Assembly (NCBI GenBank): GCA_028712445.1
Contig: JAQTPY010000001.1
Span: 50,034-114,033 of the forward strand
Length of the DNA: 64,000 bases
Reading direction: 5' to 3'
Source of the DNA: Minisyncoccota bacterium
GTDB lineage: Bacteria; Patescibacteriota; Minisyncoccia; Minisyncoccales; RBG-13-42-11
This document shows, piece by piece, positions 22,383 to 31,440 of the stretch (position 1 is the stretch's first letter; each line of letters begins with the position of its first letter). The notes under the pieces are model-generated. The model did not search any database and was not told the origin of the DNA. It saw nothing but the letters and a program-made list of their open reading frames with translations. Position numbers and translations under genes: made by a program.

Positions 22383-24020
22383 CTAGAATTCTTTTAGAAA
22401 TTCTTCAAATTCTTTTTTCACAGGAATGGTGAAATAGAAAGCAGTTCCTTTTTTTTCTTCCGACTCAAACCAAATTTTCCCGCCATGAGCATCAATGATG
22501 TTCTTTGAAAGAAAAACTCCAAGCCCCGATCCTTCAGTTTCCATTCTGATGACGTTTGATCCTCTGAAGAATTTGCTGAAAATCCGGCCTTGCTGATCCT
22601 TGGGGATTCCCACGCCAGTATCTGAAATTTCAAAAAGAATCTCTTTTTTATAATCTTTCAACGAAATTGATATTTGCCCTCCGGGGAGAGTATATTTTAT
22701 GGCATTTTCCAATAAGTTTTGAATTACCAGCCTCATTTTCTCAACATCAATTAAAATCTTAGGAAACTTGTCGCCTGGTTTTTTAAACACCACTTTGATG
22801 TTTTTTCTCTTAGCTTCTTCTTTATGAGAATTCACTACAAAATTAATAACACTCCCAAAATCAGAAAGAGTGGGTTTGAAAAGGTATTTCCCTTCTTCAA
22901 TTCTGGTTACGTCTAAAAGATCGTTGATCAGAGCTATCATTCTCTCATTGCTTTGATAGGCCTTGCCGATCAGATCTTTTTGTCCTTCATTGATTTCTCC
23001 CATGTCCCCCTCAAGAAACATCTGAAGAGACCATTTGATGGCGGCCAAAGGTGTTCTTAATTGGTGGGCAGACAGCGAAACAAATTCAGTCTTCATGGCT
23101 TCTATCGTCTTTTCTCTCGTGATGTCATGAAGGATAATCAAGGTTCCCAAGGCAATGCTCCCTAGAATCATGGAGGAGGCCGACACTTCTATTGTCAGAT
23201 TCTTATCTAAAACCAGTTCTCTTCTGAAAACCTTGTCTTCTTTTTTAAGAATATCTATTAAATTGACAAGTGTCGGCACGCCAGTCAAATCAAAAATGTT
23301 TTTACCTACTACATCTTTTGATGCTATGTTAAAAAATTTCTCTGCCTGGGGATTCGCCAAAGAAACCTTTTTTTCGAAATCCAGAACAATAAGCCCGTCA
23401 GAAAAATTTTTAATTATGGCTAATGTTTTATTCCTCTCCTCCTCCGCTCTTTTGCGGGACTCCTCGACATCCTCAAGAATGTTCATTAAAGCTCTTCTCG
23501 AGTTTTGCAATTCTCCTGTTCGATCTTCAACCTCTTTTTCAAGCCCCTCCCTTAATTTTTTTTCGCTTGAAATATCTGTAAGAGCAACAAAACATCCTAT
23601 TAAACTGCCCTTGTCGTCTTTTCTGGCAGCGATTGAAAGAGCAACTGGAATTTTTTCTTCTTTCTTCGTAGTTAAAGCCACTTCTCTTAAATGCGCTCTT
23701 TCCTCTTGTCCGATTGAAATAATCGTTTTCTTTAATAGTTCTTTTTCAAAGAAAATTCCTTCCAAGGGCTCTCCGACTATTTCCAAAGTCTGATAGCCCG
23801 TCATTCTTTCAAACGCTTTATTGATATTGACTATTATTCCTGCAGGATTAATCGTGCAGACAGCCAAGGGAAGAAAAAGGGAAAGATCCCTCATATAGCC
23901 CTCCAAATCGTTTAGATCCTCTTTGACTCCTTGGAGTTCCTTTTTTAATGTTTCTCTGGAAACAATTTTTTTGGAGACTTTTTCTTCAATCATTTTTAAA
24001 TTTCCATTGCAAAGCAGCAA
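22383..24020 (-). CDS. PAS-domain sensor histidine kinase.
   Basis: Two PAS-like segments, an S-helix (EDRTGELQNSRRALMNILEDVEESRK), an H-box (SAHQLRTPL), and N/G1/G2 HATPase motifs (NLLENAIKYT, DTGVGI, GSGLGV). Confidence 0.75.
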   Translation of the reverse strand: MLLCNGNLKMIEEKVSKKIVSRETLKKELQGVKEDLNDLEGYMRDLSLFLPLAVCTINPAGIIVNINKAFERMTGYQTLEIVGEPLEGIFFEKELLKKTIISIGQEERAHLREVALTTKKEEKIPVALSIAARKDDKGSLIGCFVALTDISSEKKLREGLEKEVEDRTGELQNSRRALMNILEDVEESRKRAEEERNKTLAIIKNFSDGLIVLDFEKKVSLANPQAEKFFNIASKDVVGKNIFDLTGVPTLVNLIDILKKEDKVFRRELVLDKNLTIEVSASSMILGSIALGTLIILHDITREKTIEAMKTEFVSLSAHQLRTPLAAIKWSLQMFLEGDMGEINEGQKDLIGKAYQSNERMIALINDLLDVTRIEEGKYLFKPTLSDFGSVINFVVNSHKEEAKRKNIKVVFKKPGDKFPKILIDVEKMRLVIQNLLENAIKYTLPGGQISISLKDYKKEILFEISDTGVGIPKDQQGRIFSKFFRGSNVIRMETEGSGLGVFLSKNIIDAHGGKIWFESEEKKGTAFYFTIPVKKEFEEFLKEF

Positions 24021-24027
24021 GCTTCGC

Positions 24028-24654
24028 TTACTCCCATTTTATTACAAATTCATCATAATGGTCGCCTTTAAAAACACATTTCGTTTCTTTGATTGTTCTT
24101 GTTTCTCTGCCGCTCCCTTCTTTATTTCTCTGGACATACTGGCCTATCCTCAAAAAATAACCTGCAAAATAGACGCAAAGAATAGGATGAATTTTAAAAT
24201 TCTTTAACCGAATAATGAAATGCTTTTTCTCTTTACTGTATTCATAAGGTTCTATTTCTCCTCTGGTATAATGTTTTTCCCAGTATTTGGGAGATTCCTT
24301 AAAAGTTCTTTGAGAAGAGAGAAAGTATTTCATGAGCAGTTTTACTATAAAAGAGTATTTGGGAGCTGAATTCCCCAATTCAAAAATTTCCTTATCTCCC
24401 CAACTCAAGGCGTCTTTTATAGCCAACAATGAAACCACTCTCAGCCCTAAAGGATACCACTCTGTCGCCTTAATTTCTTCGTAATCCAAACTCACTCCCC
24501 ATTCCTTTATTTTATTCTTTAATAAGCTTTTGAATTCTTCTCCTCCTTTATCTCTGACATACTCAAAGTCAGTCAAAAATACTTGTCCTCTCACTTCACC
24601 GGGGAGCTTAAGCAAGCGTTCTATTTCATTTTTTACTGACTGATCTCCTGACAT
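24028..24654 (-). CDS. Hypothetical protein linked to the two-component module.
   Basis: 208-aa ORF overlapping the upstream gene by 29 nt. No clear motif. Confidence 0.35.
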   Translation of the reverse strand: MSGDQSVKNEIERLLKLPGEVRGQVFLTDFEYVRDKGGEEFKSLLKNKIKEWGVSLDYEEIKATEWYPLGLRVVSLLAIKDALSWGDKEIFELGNSAPKYSFIVKLLMKYFLSSQRTFKESPKYWEKHYTRGEIEPYEYSKEKKHFIIRLKNFKIHPILCVYFAGYFLRIGQYVQRNKEGSGRETRTIKETKCVFKGDHYDEFVIKWE

Positions 24655-25981
24655 TTTTTTGTTCTAAATTGGGTTTATTAATTTTTTCCAGTTGACCTTT
24701 AAGCTTCCTTATCTCTTCTTTCAGGTTTATCATTCTCAACTCTCTTCCAACGGCCAGCTTATTAAACCTCTCCAGTTCATCTATTTTTTCTTCCAATTCT
24801 CTGGTTCGTTCCTCAACCTGAGCCTCAAGGTTTCGGGAAAGATCGCTTAATTCCCTTGTTCTGGCTATGATCTTAATTTCAAGGGAAGCTCGCGCCGTCT
24901 CAGCTTCATCCTGAGCATCGAGCAGCTTAAACCGGTTTTTTTGCAAATTTTGGGTTACGAAACCTACAATAATTGTAATTATCAAAACAGAAATTATGTC
25001 TTCTAAAGGAGAAAAAAATCTTTTGTCGGGATAATTAAAAAGCAGAAAAAAATAGCTTAACAAAGAAACCGCTCCTGAAAACAAGATCATTTTTAGATCG
25101 TGAAAAAAGCTGAACAAAATAAAAATTAAAGCAGCCCCTGTAAAAAAAGTTTTTCCTAATTCCGGGGCCAGAAAGAAAATGATTATTGTGGCCTCAGATA
25201 AAACCGCCAGACTCACTACATATTTTGTTAAATAAAGAAAAGATTTTGCTCCGAGTATCATTAAGACAGAGAGATAGAAGAAAACTCCTATAGTAAAAAG
25301 AGAAGAAAACTCCTGCCAGCTGAAAATTTGATGATTAAAAAGCAGTAAAACGCCCCTTGCGGCCAAAACAAAAACAAGGAGAAGAGAAAGCATCATCAAG
25401 GAAGATCTCGCGATATTTACTTCTTTTTCTTTAAGATAATAATCTTTAAAAGAATATCTTAACTTTTCAACGTTGTTGCAGAAATTATCTATTTTCTTTT
25501 TCCCGTATTCGGAGAAGCAGCTCCGTCTTTTAAAACCGCTGGAAAGAAGAAGAGTGTCTATTGTTTTTCCTTCTCTTTTTGAAACCACTGAAGCAAAATC
25601 ATAATCAAGAAGGAAAGCCGAAAATAAATACCATTCAAGTTGGGGAAGCAAAAATGTTGTCGCAAAAAAACCGATGTTTTTATATTTTATTCCTCTAACA
25701 ATTTTTAGGTATTTAACAACCGGTGAAGAAAGGGAGGTCCAGTTTGGACTTCCTATGCAAATTAAATCATACTTTGAAACATCATTGATTTTTAAAGGAA
25801 TAATTTCGCAGTCTTTTTTAAAAAGCTTCGAAATCCACCAGCCAAAAAAACTTTTTTCTTTTACCGGCTTAATAATTTCAACATCTACTTCGTGCTCTCT
25901 CTTTCTAAATCTGTCCTCCAGCACCTGAGCCAATTTTGCGGTTTGCCCGGTTTTTGAATAATATGCAATTAGAATTTTCAT
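24626..25981 (-). CDS. Flavodoxin-like domain fused to a multi-TM domain and a C-terminal signalling-helix coiled coil.
   Basis: MKILIAYYSKTGQTAKLA flavodoxin start, about 6 hydrophobic helices, then EERTRELEEKIDELERFNKLAVGRELRMINLKEEI. Confidence 0.5.
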   Translation of the reverse strand: MKILIAYYSKTGQTAKLAQVLEDRFRKREHEVDVEIIKPVKEKSFFGWWISKLFKKDCEIIPLKINDVSKYDLICIGSPNWTSLSSPVVKYLKIVRGIKYKNIGFFATTFLLPQLEWYLFSAFLLDYDFASVVSKREGKTIDTLLLSSGFKRRSCFSEYGKKKIDNFCNNVEKLRYSFKDYYLKEKEVNIARSSLMMLSLLLVFVLAARGVLLLFNHQIFSWQEFSSLFTIGVFFYLSVLMILGAKSFLYLTKYVVSLAVLSEATIIIFFLAPELGKTFFTGAALIFILFSFFHDLKMILFSGAVSLLSYFFLLFNYPDKRFFSPLEDIISVLIITIIVGFVTQNLQKNRFKLLDAQDEAETARASLEIKIIARTRELSDLSRNLEAQVEERTRELEEKIDELERFNKLAVGRELRMINLKEEIRKLKGQLEKINKPNLEQKNVRRSVSKK

Positions 25982-26000
25982 GCAATATGTTTTTCTAATT

Positions 26001-26927
26001 CTACCATAACTTCAAATTCTGCCCAGCGGCTTTTTTTTCTACGCTCCCCGGCAACCTCTTAACCAAGCTGTAAAATCCCAATTTTTCCAAAGACTCAATC
26101 ACTTTTTCTTTTTTATAGTCTTTCCATTTTTTTTCTTCAAAAGAGAAGTCCAGGGGAACTTCTTTTTCTATCATAACCAATTCTTTAGAAAGAAATGCCT
26201 GCTTTTTGTTTTGAATTAATTTTTCTTTTACTTTTGGCGCGATCTTTTTGGCATTTTCCGTTCCCTTGTCTATTTCGTCATATAAATTTTCCAAACTGCC
26301 GAAAGCCAAAATCAAGCTGAGTGCTGTTTTTTCTCCGATTCCCTGAACGCCAGGAATATTGTCTGAAACGTCTCCTTTCAGAGACTTGAAGTCCACAAGT
26401 TGCTGAGGAGAAAGGCCGCCGTATTTCTCTCGAGTCAGCTCCTGGTCATAAAGAAGAGTATCCTTAACTCCTTTTCTTAAAACATAGACTTTGATTCTTT
26501 CGTTTATTAATTGCAGAATGTCGCAGTCTCCGCTGACCACAATTGCCTCTTTCTGGGGCGATTCGAGAGTTATCCTGCTTATCGTTCCAATAATATCGTC
26601 TGCTTCATACCCTTTTTTTTCAAGGATCGGCACGTTGAATGCTTCCAATATTTCCTTAATCTTTGGAATCTGCTGATAAAACTCGTCTGGCGCTTTTTTT
26701 CTCGTTGCCTTATATTCTTTATATTTTTCGTGACGGATTGTCGGAGAAGGAAAATCAAAAGCAGCAACGATGTATTTTGGATCAAATTCTTGGACAACTT
26801 TAAAAAAAACCAGCAAAAATCCATAGACTGCATTCACCAACTCTCCGCTCTTTGAAGACAGGGCCGGCAAAGCGTGGTAAGCCCGGTGGAGGACCGAATT
26901 TGAATCAATAATCAAAACTCTTTCCAT
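26001..26927 (-). CDS. Stand-alone 5'-3' exonuclease / flap endonuclease (Pol I N-terminal-domain-like).
   Basis: LIIDSNSVLHRAYHAL ... GDVSDNIPGVQGIGEKTA. Confidence 0.8.
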   Translation of the reverse strand: MERVLIIDSNSVLHRAYHALPALSSKSGELVNAVYGFLLVFFKVVQEFDPKYIVAAFDFPSPTIRHEKYKEYKATRKKAPDEFYQQIPKIKEILEAFNVPILEKKGYEADDIIGTISRITLESPQKEAIVVSGDCDILQLINERIKVYVLRKGVKDTLLYDQELTREKYGGLSPQQLVDFKSLKGDVSDNIPGVQGIGEKTALSLILAFGSLENLYDEIDKGTENAKKIAPKVKEKLIQNKKQAFLSKELVMIEKEVPLDFSFEEKKWKDYKKEKVIESLEKLGFYSLVKRLPGSVEKKAAGQNLKLW

Positions 26928-26936
26928 AAAATCTTT

Positions 26937-27389
26937 TTATCTGCATAAAAATTTTAATCTTCTTCTTTTTTTACCAAGAAATTGAAATTCTATTTTTAAG
27001 AAACCTTTCGGAAGCAGCTTTTCTGCTTTCTCCACCCATTCAACGGCAATAATGTTTTCTGGTTTAGAAATTATTTCTTTTAATCCTAACTCTTTAAAAT
27101 CTTTGATTCCTTCCATCCTATAACAATCAATGTGATAAAAATTTTTAAATTTTTTGGACTTAATTTTGAATCTCTTTAATAAGACGAATGTGGGACTCGT
27201 GATTTTGTCTTTTATTCCAAGACCCGAAGCAAACCCCTGAACAAAAGTAGTCTTTCCTCCTCCAAGATCTCCTTTCAGGCCGACAATAAAAGCTTTCGAA
27301 AAACAGGGATGGCTGATTATTTCCTGAGCCAAATTCTTTGCTATTTTTTTAGTTTGCTCAGGATTGACGCTTTCAATTTCAGTTTTCAT
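26937..27389 (-). CDS. tsaE: tRNA t6A37 biosynthesis ATPase TsaE.
   Basis: GDLGGGKTTFVQGFASGLG ... SPTF. Confidence 0.7.
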   Translation of the reverse strand: MKTEIESVNPEQTKKIAKNLAQEIISHPCFSKAFIVGLKGDLGGGKTTFVQGFASGLGIKDKITSPTFVLLKRFKIKSKKFKNFYHIDCYRMEGIKDFKELGLKEIISKPENIIAVEWVEKAEKLLPKGFLKIEFQFLGKKRRRLKFLCR

Positions 27390-27475
27390 TTTAATGTGAA
27401 ATAATTCATTGACTTCCTCAACTGTTTAAGCTAATTTGAATCAATTACTCCATTGTTTTATCATTTTACCTCTTC

Positions 27476-28792
27476 ATGGCTGAGATTTCAAAAAAAGAAA
27501 AAAAAGGGTTGTCTTTTTCTCCCGAAAAAATAAAATTACTCAAAAAAGAAATCCAAGATATTTTTTCCTTGAAGAAATCTGTTGAAGAAGCTGTAAATAA
27601 AAATACTTCCGAAGCAGTCGAAAGTATTTTTTTTGGAGCGATCGGACTTGGAGCATCAGATGTCCATATTGAACCCGAAGGAGGGTCGGCGAAAATAAGA
27701 TTAAGAATGGATGGGATACTACACGACGTAATTGAGTTGCAGGAAAAAATCCAAAGAGATCTCCTTGCCAGAATCAAACTTTTAGCTGGAATGAAATTAA
27801 ACGTTAACGATCGGCCTCAAGACGGTCGATTCAGTATTTTTCTAGAAGAATCCGAAAAAGAAAAGATCTCTGTTGAAGTCAGGGTTTCCACTTTGCCTGC
27901 AGAATTTGGAGAAGCAACCGTCATGAGAATATTGAACCCTAAAAGCTTGATTAGCTTGGAAGAGTTGGGATTGAGAAAAGATCTTTATGAACTTTTTGTA
28001 AAAGAAATCCATAAGCCCAACGGGATGATAATCATCACTGGTCCAACCGGATCTGGAAAAACAACTACTCTTTATGCTTTTTTAAACAAAATAAAAAGCA
28101 CGGAAACAAAAATAATTACAATTGAAGACCCCATTGAATATCATTTGAACGGAATCTCTCAGACCCAAGTAAACCCCAGCCAGGGATATGATTTTGCATC
28201 GGGGCTCCAGTCGATAATGAGACAGGACCCGGATGTTATCCTGGTGGGAGAGATAAGAGATCCTAAAACTTGCCAAATTTCAATCCAAGCCGCTCTTACC
28301 GGTCACCTTGTTTTTTCCACTCTCCACACCAATGACGCCGCTGGAACGGTTTCCCGGTTAATAAGTCTTGAAGGGGATGTCAAAAACATCGGACCAGCAA
28401 TCAATTTAGCTGTTGCCCAGAGATTAGTAAGAAAAGTTTGCAAAAAATGTTCAAGACAAAGAACGCTTTCGGCTGAAGAACTCAAAAAAATAAAAAACAC
28501 TCTTCCCGAAAATCTTCAAAATGAATACAAATTAAATCCTTTGTCCAAAATATCGGAAATCAAGGGTTGTGAAAACTGCAATAATACAGGATATAAGGGG
28601 AGAGTTGGAATATTTGAAGCAATTGTTTTTAATGATGAAATTGAAAAATTTATTTTAGAAAACCCCTCGATTGCTGCTTTTAAGGAAAAGGTCGTAAAAG
28701 AGGGGATGACAACCATGAAACAAGACGGGTTCGTTAAAGTACTGGAAGGAGTGACAACGATAGAAGAGGTTGAAAAAACGACCGGAGATTAA
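27476..28792 (+). CDS. pilB: GspE/PilB-family secretion ATPase (type IV pilus assembly type) lacking the N-terminal domains.
   Basis: GPTGSGKTTTLYAF Walker A, Asp/His boxes, and the tetracysteine CKKC...CENC. Confidence 0.75.
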   Translation: MAEISKKEKKGLSFSPEKIKLLKKEIQDIFSLKKSVEEAVNKNTSEAVESIFFGAIGLGASDVHIEPEGGSAKIRLRMDGILHDVIELQEKIQRDLLARIKLLAGMKLNVNDRPQDGRFSIFLEESEKEKISVEVRVSTLPAEFGEATVMRILNPKSLISLEELGLRKDLYELFVKEIHKPNGMIIITGPTGSGKTTTLYAFLNKIKSTETKIITIEDPIEYHLNGISQTQVNPSQGYDFASGLQSIMRQDPDVILVGEIRDPKTCQISIQAALTGHLVFSTLHTNDAAGTVSRLISLEGDVKNIGPAINLAVAQRLVRKVCKKCSRQRTLSAEELKKIKNTLPENLQNEYKLNPLSKISEIKGCENCNNTGYKGRVGIFEAIVFNDEIEKFILENPSIAAFKEKVVKEGMTTMKQDGFVKVLEGVTTIEEVEKTTGD

Positions 28793-28965
28793 GAACCTTG
28801 ATACTGTGCGCAATTAAAAAATTAGCCGCAGAGCTGGGGGCTACTTGGTATGAAACAAAGTTTAGAGTTTTCTCGAGGAGTAGTCCAGCCGGAACCAAAC
28901 TATCCAACTAAAGAAAGCTCCCAGCCCCCAGCTTTACGGCTAATACCATCCTATTCTAATATATT

Positions 28966-29763
28966 ATGTATTTTTTGTCAAGGCCCGATTGGAGATGGGA
29001 CAATTTAATCTTTCTGAAAGTCCTATCCATCCTTTTTTTCATAATTTCTCCCCTGTTCCCTTTTAGGGTTATGGCAGAAAATGGGACGAATATTTTCTTT
29101 AGCGAAATCGCCTGGATGGGAAGCGAAAACTCTTATGCTGACGAATGGATTGAATTATATAATAATTCTGATGAAAAAATTAACCTTTTAGGATGGACAT
29201 TAAAATCAGATAATGGATTGAAAATAAACCTTCTGGGCGAAATTGTTCCGAAAGGTTTTTTCTTGCTTGAAAGAACTGACGACGATACTGTAAAAGATAT
29301 ACCTTCTGATCAAATTTATAAAGGGAACCTCGGAAACTCCGGAGGAAAAATTACAATCTATGACGACTCGGGGCTTGAAATTGACTCCTTAAACTGCTCT
29401 CTGGGATGGTTTAAAGGAAACAATTCTGCAAAACAAACCATGGAAAGAATTAGATTCGAAGGTCTAAGCGGTCCGTCTGATTGGCAAGACAGCAAGCTTC
29501 CGGGAGGAACTCCAAAAAATAAAAACAGTTCAGGAGCAATAATTTCGTCTGAGATTAGCGCAAAAAATGTTCCCGATCTTTCTCTTGCCACCATTGCGTC
29601 AGAAACAAAAGACTCTATCCAAAACAAAGAAAACTATTTAGCTTTTGCGGCAACTAAGATTCAATTTAAAAAATCCCCGAATTCGTTCTTTTTTGTTCTT
29701 CCCTTGATTTTATCTTTATTTTCAGCAATAATGGTGCTATTCTTAAGACGTAGCTTATCTTAA
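28966..29763 (+). CDS. Lamin-tail-domain (LTD) surface protein with a C-terminal TM anchor.
   Basis: N-terminal signal/TM, IFFSEIAWMGSENSYADEWIELYN ... GWTLKS core, and a C-terminal hydrophobic helix. Confidence 0.55.
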   Translation: MYFLSRPDWRWDNLIFLKVLSILFFIISPLFPFRVMAENGTNIFFSEIAWMGSENSYADEWIELYNNSDEKINLLGWTLKSDNGLKINLLGEIVPKGFFLLERTDDDTVKDIPSDQIYKGNLGNSGGKITIYDDSGLEIDSLNCSLGWFKGNNSAKQTMERIRFEGLSGPSDWQDSKLPGGTPKNKNSSGAIISSEISAKNVPDLSLATIASETKDSIQNKENYLAFAATKIQFKKSPNSFFFVLPLILSLFSAIMVLFLRRSLS

Positions 29764-29768
29764 AAAAC

Positions 29769-30503
29769 ATGTCAGGTCATTCTCATTTTTCCACAATTAA
29801 ACACAAGAAAGCGGCTGAGGACGCTAAAAGAAGCAAAACTTTTTCAAAACTTACTCAGTTGATAATAGTGGCTACTAAAGAGAAGGGTGGCGTTGCTGAA
29901 ACCAACCCGAAATTAAAGTTGGCCATAGAACAGGCCAAAGCAGCCAACATGCCTTCGGAGAACATCGAAAGAGCTATAAAAAAAGGAACCGGAGAGCTGG
30001 CTGCAGAAAAGCTTGAGGAAGTGGCTTTCGAGGCTTACGGTCCGGGAGGGATTGCTATCATCATTGAGGGCATTACTGATAACAAAAATCGCACTTTAGG
30101 AGAAATAAAACAGATATTAAATCAGGCAAACGGAAAACTGGTGACAGAAGGCTCTGTCAGATGGATGTTTGAAAGGAAAGGAATAATCACTATGAGTCTT
30201 GAAGAAAATCAAATCGCCTGGCCCAACAGAGAAGATCTGGAATTAGCTCTTATTGAAGCCGGAGCTGAAGATGTTTACTTTAAAGAAGATTATATTGACC
30301 TTCATACAAAAGCCGAAGATCTGGAAAAAGTGAAAAAAGCTCTCGAAGAAAAGAGTATAAAAATCGAGTCTGCTTCTTTGGGGTGGACAGCAAAAGAAGA
30401 AATTGCCGTTGACCAAGAAACCAAAGAAAATTGCTTAAAACTTTTTGAAACTTTGGATGACAATGACTCCATCCAAGGGGTTTACTCAAACCTCAGAGTC
30501 TAA
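29769..30503 (+). CDS. yebC: YebC/PmpR-family transcriptional regulator.
   Basis: MSGHSHFSTIKHKK start, 244 aa, upstream of ruvC. Confidence 0.85.
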   Translation: MSGHSHFSTIKHKKAAEDAKRSKTFSKLTQLIIVATKEKGGVAETNPKLKLAIEQAKAANMPSENIERAIKKGTGELAAEKLEEVAFEAYGPGGIAIIIEGITDNKNRTLGEIKQILNQANGKLVTEGSVRWMFERKGIITMSLEENQIAWPNREDLELALIEAGAEDVYFKEDYIDLHTKAEDLEKVKKALEEKSIKIESASLGWTAKEEIAVDQETKENCLKLFETLDDNDSIQGVYSNLRV

Positions 30504-30521
30504 CTGAAATCTAAAAGCACA

Positions 30522-31007
30522 ATGATAATTTTAGGAATTGATCCTGGAACCGCCACTACAGGGTACGGAGTAATAGATAATTTAGTGGAAGGCAAAAAAA
30601 AGTTTAAACATATTGAAAACGGGATCATTAAAACGCCCCCGACGGCTTCTGCCCCTGATCGCTTGTGTATGATAAATGCGCAGCTGGTCAAAATAATTAA
30701 AAAGCATTCGCCGGAGATTTTGGTTTTAGAAAAACTATTTTTTTTCAGAAATCTCAAAACTGCACTCCCTGTCAGCCAGGCAATCGGGGTGGTTATGTTC
30801 ACCGCCGCTAAAAACAAATTGCCTATTTTCCAATTCACTCCTCTGCAAGTAAAACTGATTGTCACTGGTTTTGGCAAGGCTGAAAAAAAAGAGGTCCAAA
30901 AAAGGATCACCAAAATACTTAAATTAAAGGAAATCCCCAAGCCCGATGACGCCGCCGATGCTCTGGCAGTGGCTCTGGCTTTCTGTTTAAAAAAAGAGAC
31001 GGTTTAA
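30522..31007 (+). CDS. ruvC: Holliday junction resolvase RuvC.
   Basis: MIILGIDPGTATTGYGVID and a C-terminal DDAADALAVAL. Confidence 0.85.
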   Translation: MIILGIDPGTATTGYGVIDNLVEGKKKFKHIENGIIKTPPTASAPDRLCMINAQLVKIIKKHSPEILVLEKLFFFRNLKTALPVSQAIGVVMFTAAKNKLPIFQFTPLQVKLIVTGFGKAEKKEVQKRITKILKLKEIPKPDDAADALAVALAFCLKKETV

Positions 31008-31012
31008 GACTC

Positions 31013-31040
31013 TTGACAAGGTTTCAAATATAAATACAAT
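31013..31040 (+). promoter_or_regulatory. Near-consensus sigma70 promoter (TTGACA-N16-TACAAT).
   Basis: TTGACA at 31013-31018, a 16-nt spacer, and TACAAT at 31035-31040. Confidence 0.4.
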
Positions 31041-31176
31041 CATAATCATGAAACTGAAACCCTCCCTCAAAAATTAATTAAATGGGAGGAAAAGGTCGAG
31101 CCTTAAAACATGAAAATCCGCGCCATGCGGACAATCTCCAATTTAACGGAGACACTAAAATTAAAAACATAGAAAC

Positions 31177-31371
31177 ATGATTTACGAAGCAGGGGTCATC
31201 AACCCATTTATAGCTTCTGAGGATGAAGAAGGGGTTGGAGAGGAAATATCAGAAGAAACTACCAACTTCGAAGAAGACGAAACAGAAGGTGAGGGCGAAA
31301 GCGCCGAACTTGACGAAGATTTTCCTTCCGAAGAAGAAGAGGAAGAAGGCTCATCTGAATTAGAAGAATAA
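31177..31371 (+). CDS. Small, highly acidic peptide (uncertain).
   Basis: 64-aa ORF, Glu/Asp-rich, bracketed by the promoter above and the terminator below. Confidence 0.3.
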   Translation: MIYEAGVINPFIASEDEEGVGEEISEETTNFEEDETEGEGESAELDEDFPSEEEEEEGSSELEE

Positions 31372-31408
31372 GGACTTTAATCCTAACGGAATAAATTCAA
31401 CTATAAAA

Positions 31409-31440
31409 ACACCCCGCTTATTTGCGGGGTGTTTGTTTTT
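31409..31440. terminator. Bidirectional rho-independent terminator.
   Basis: acaccccgc-ttattt-gcggggtgt followed by ttgttttt on the plus strand. Read on the minus strand it has a T-run after tyrS. Confidence 0.65.

Noticed and set aside
28825-28940. SRP (4.5S) RNA assignment for the 116-nt inverted-repeat element.
   Set aside because: No GNRA-capped domain-IV motif (GGAA tetraloop with AGCAGC) was recognisable in either orientation, and the interior does not fold as one long hairpin. Left as an unassigned structured element.
27476-29763. A complete type IV pilus operon around pilB.
   Set aside because: Only the PilB-like ATPase is present. No pilC, pilM-Q or prepilin peptidase is adjacent, and the LTD protein downstream is not a canonical pilus component. 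A lone ATPase is reported instead.
31047-31440. Possibility that the promoter-to-terminator unit is RNase P RNA. It has a GGAGGAAAAGGUCGAGCC stretch resembling the P4 region and is ~390 nt long.
   Set aside because: I could not find the other universally conserved RNase P elements (P4 3' strand, GGUGNAAA..., ACAGAA.CCGGCUUA). The long GAA/GAG-rich open reading frame is atypical for rnpB. Kept as an acidic-peptide unit, with the RNA alternative noted.
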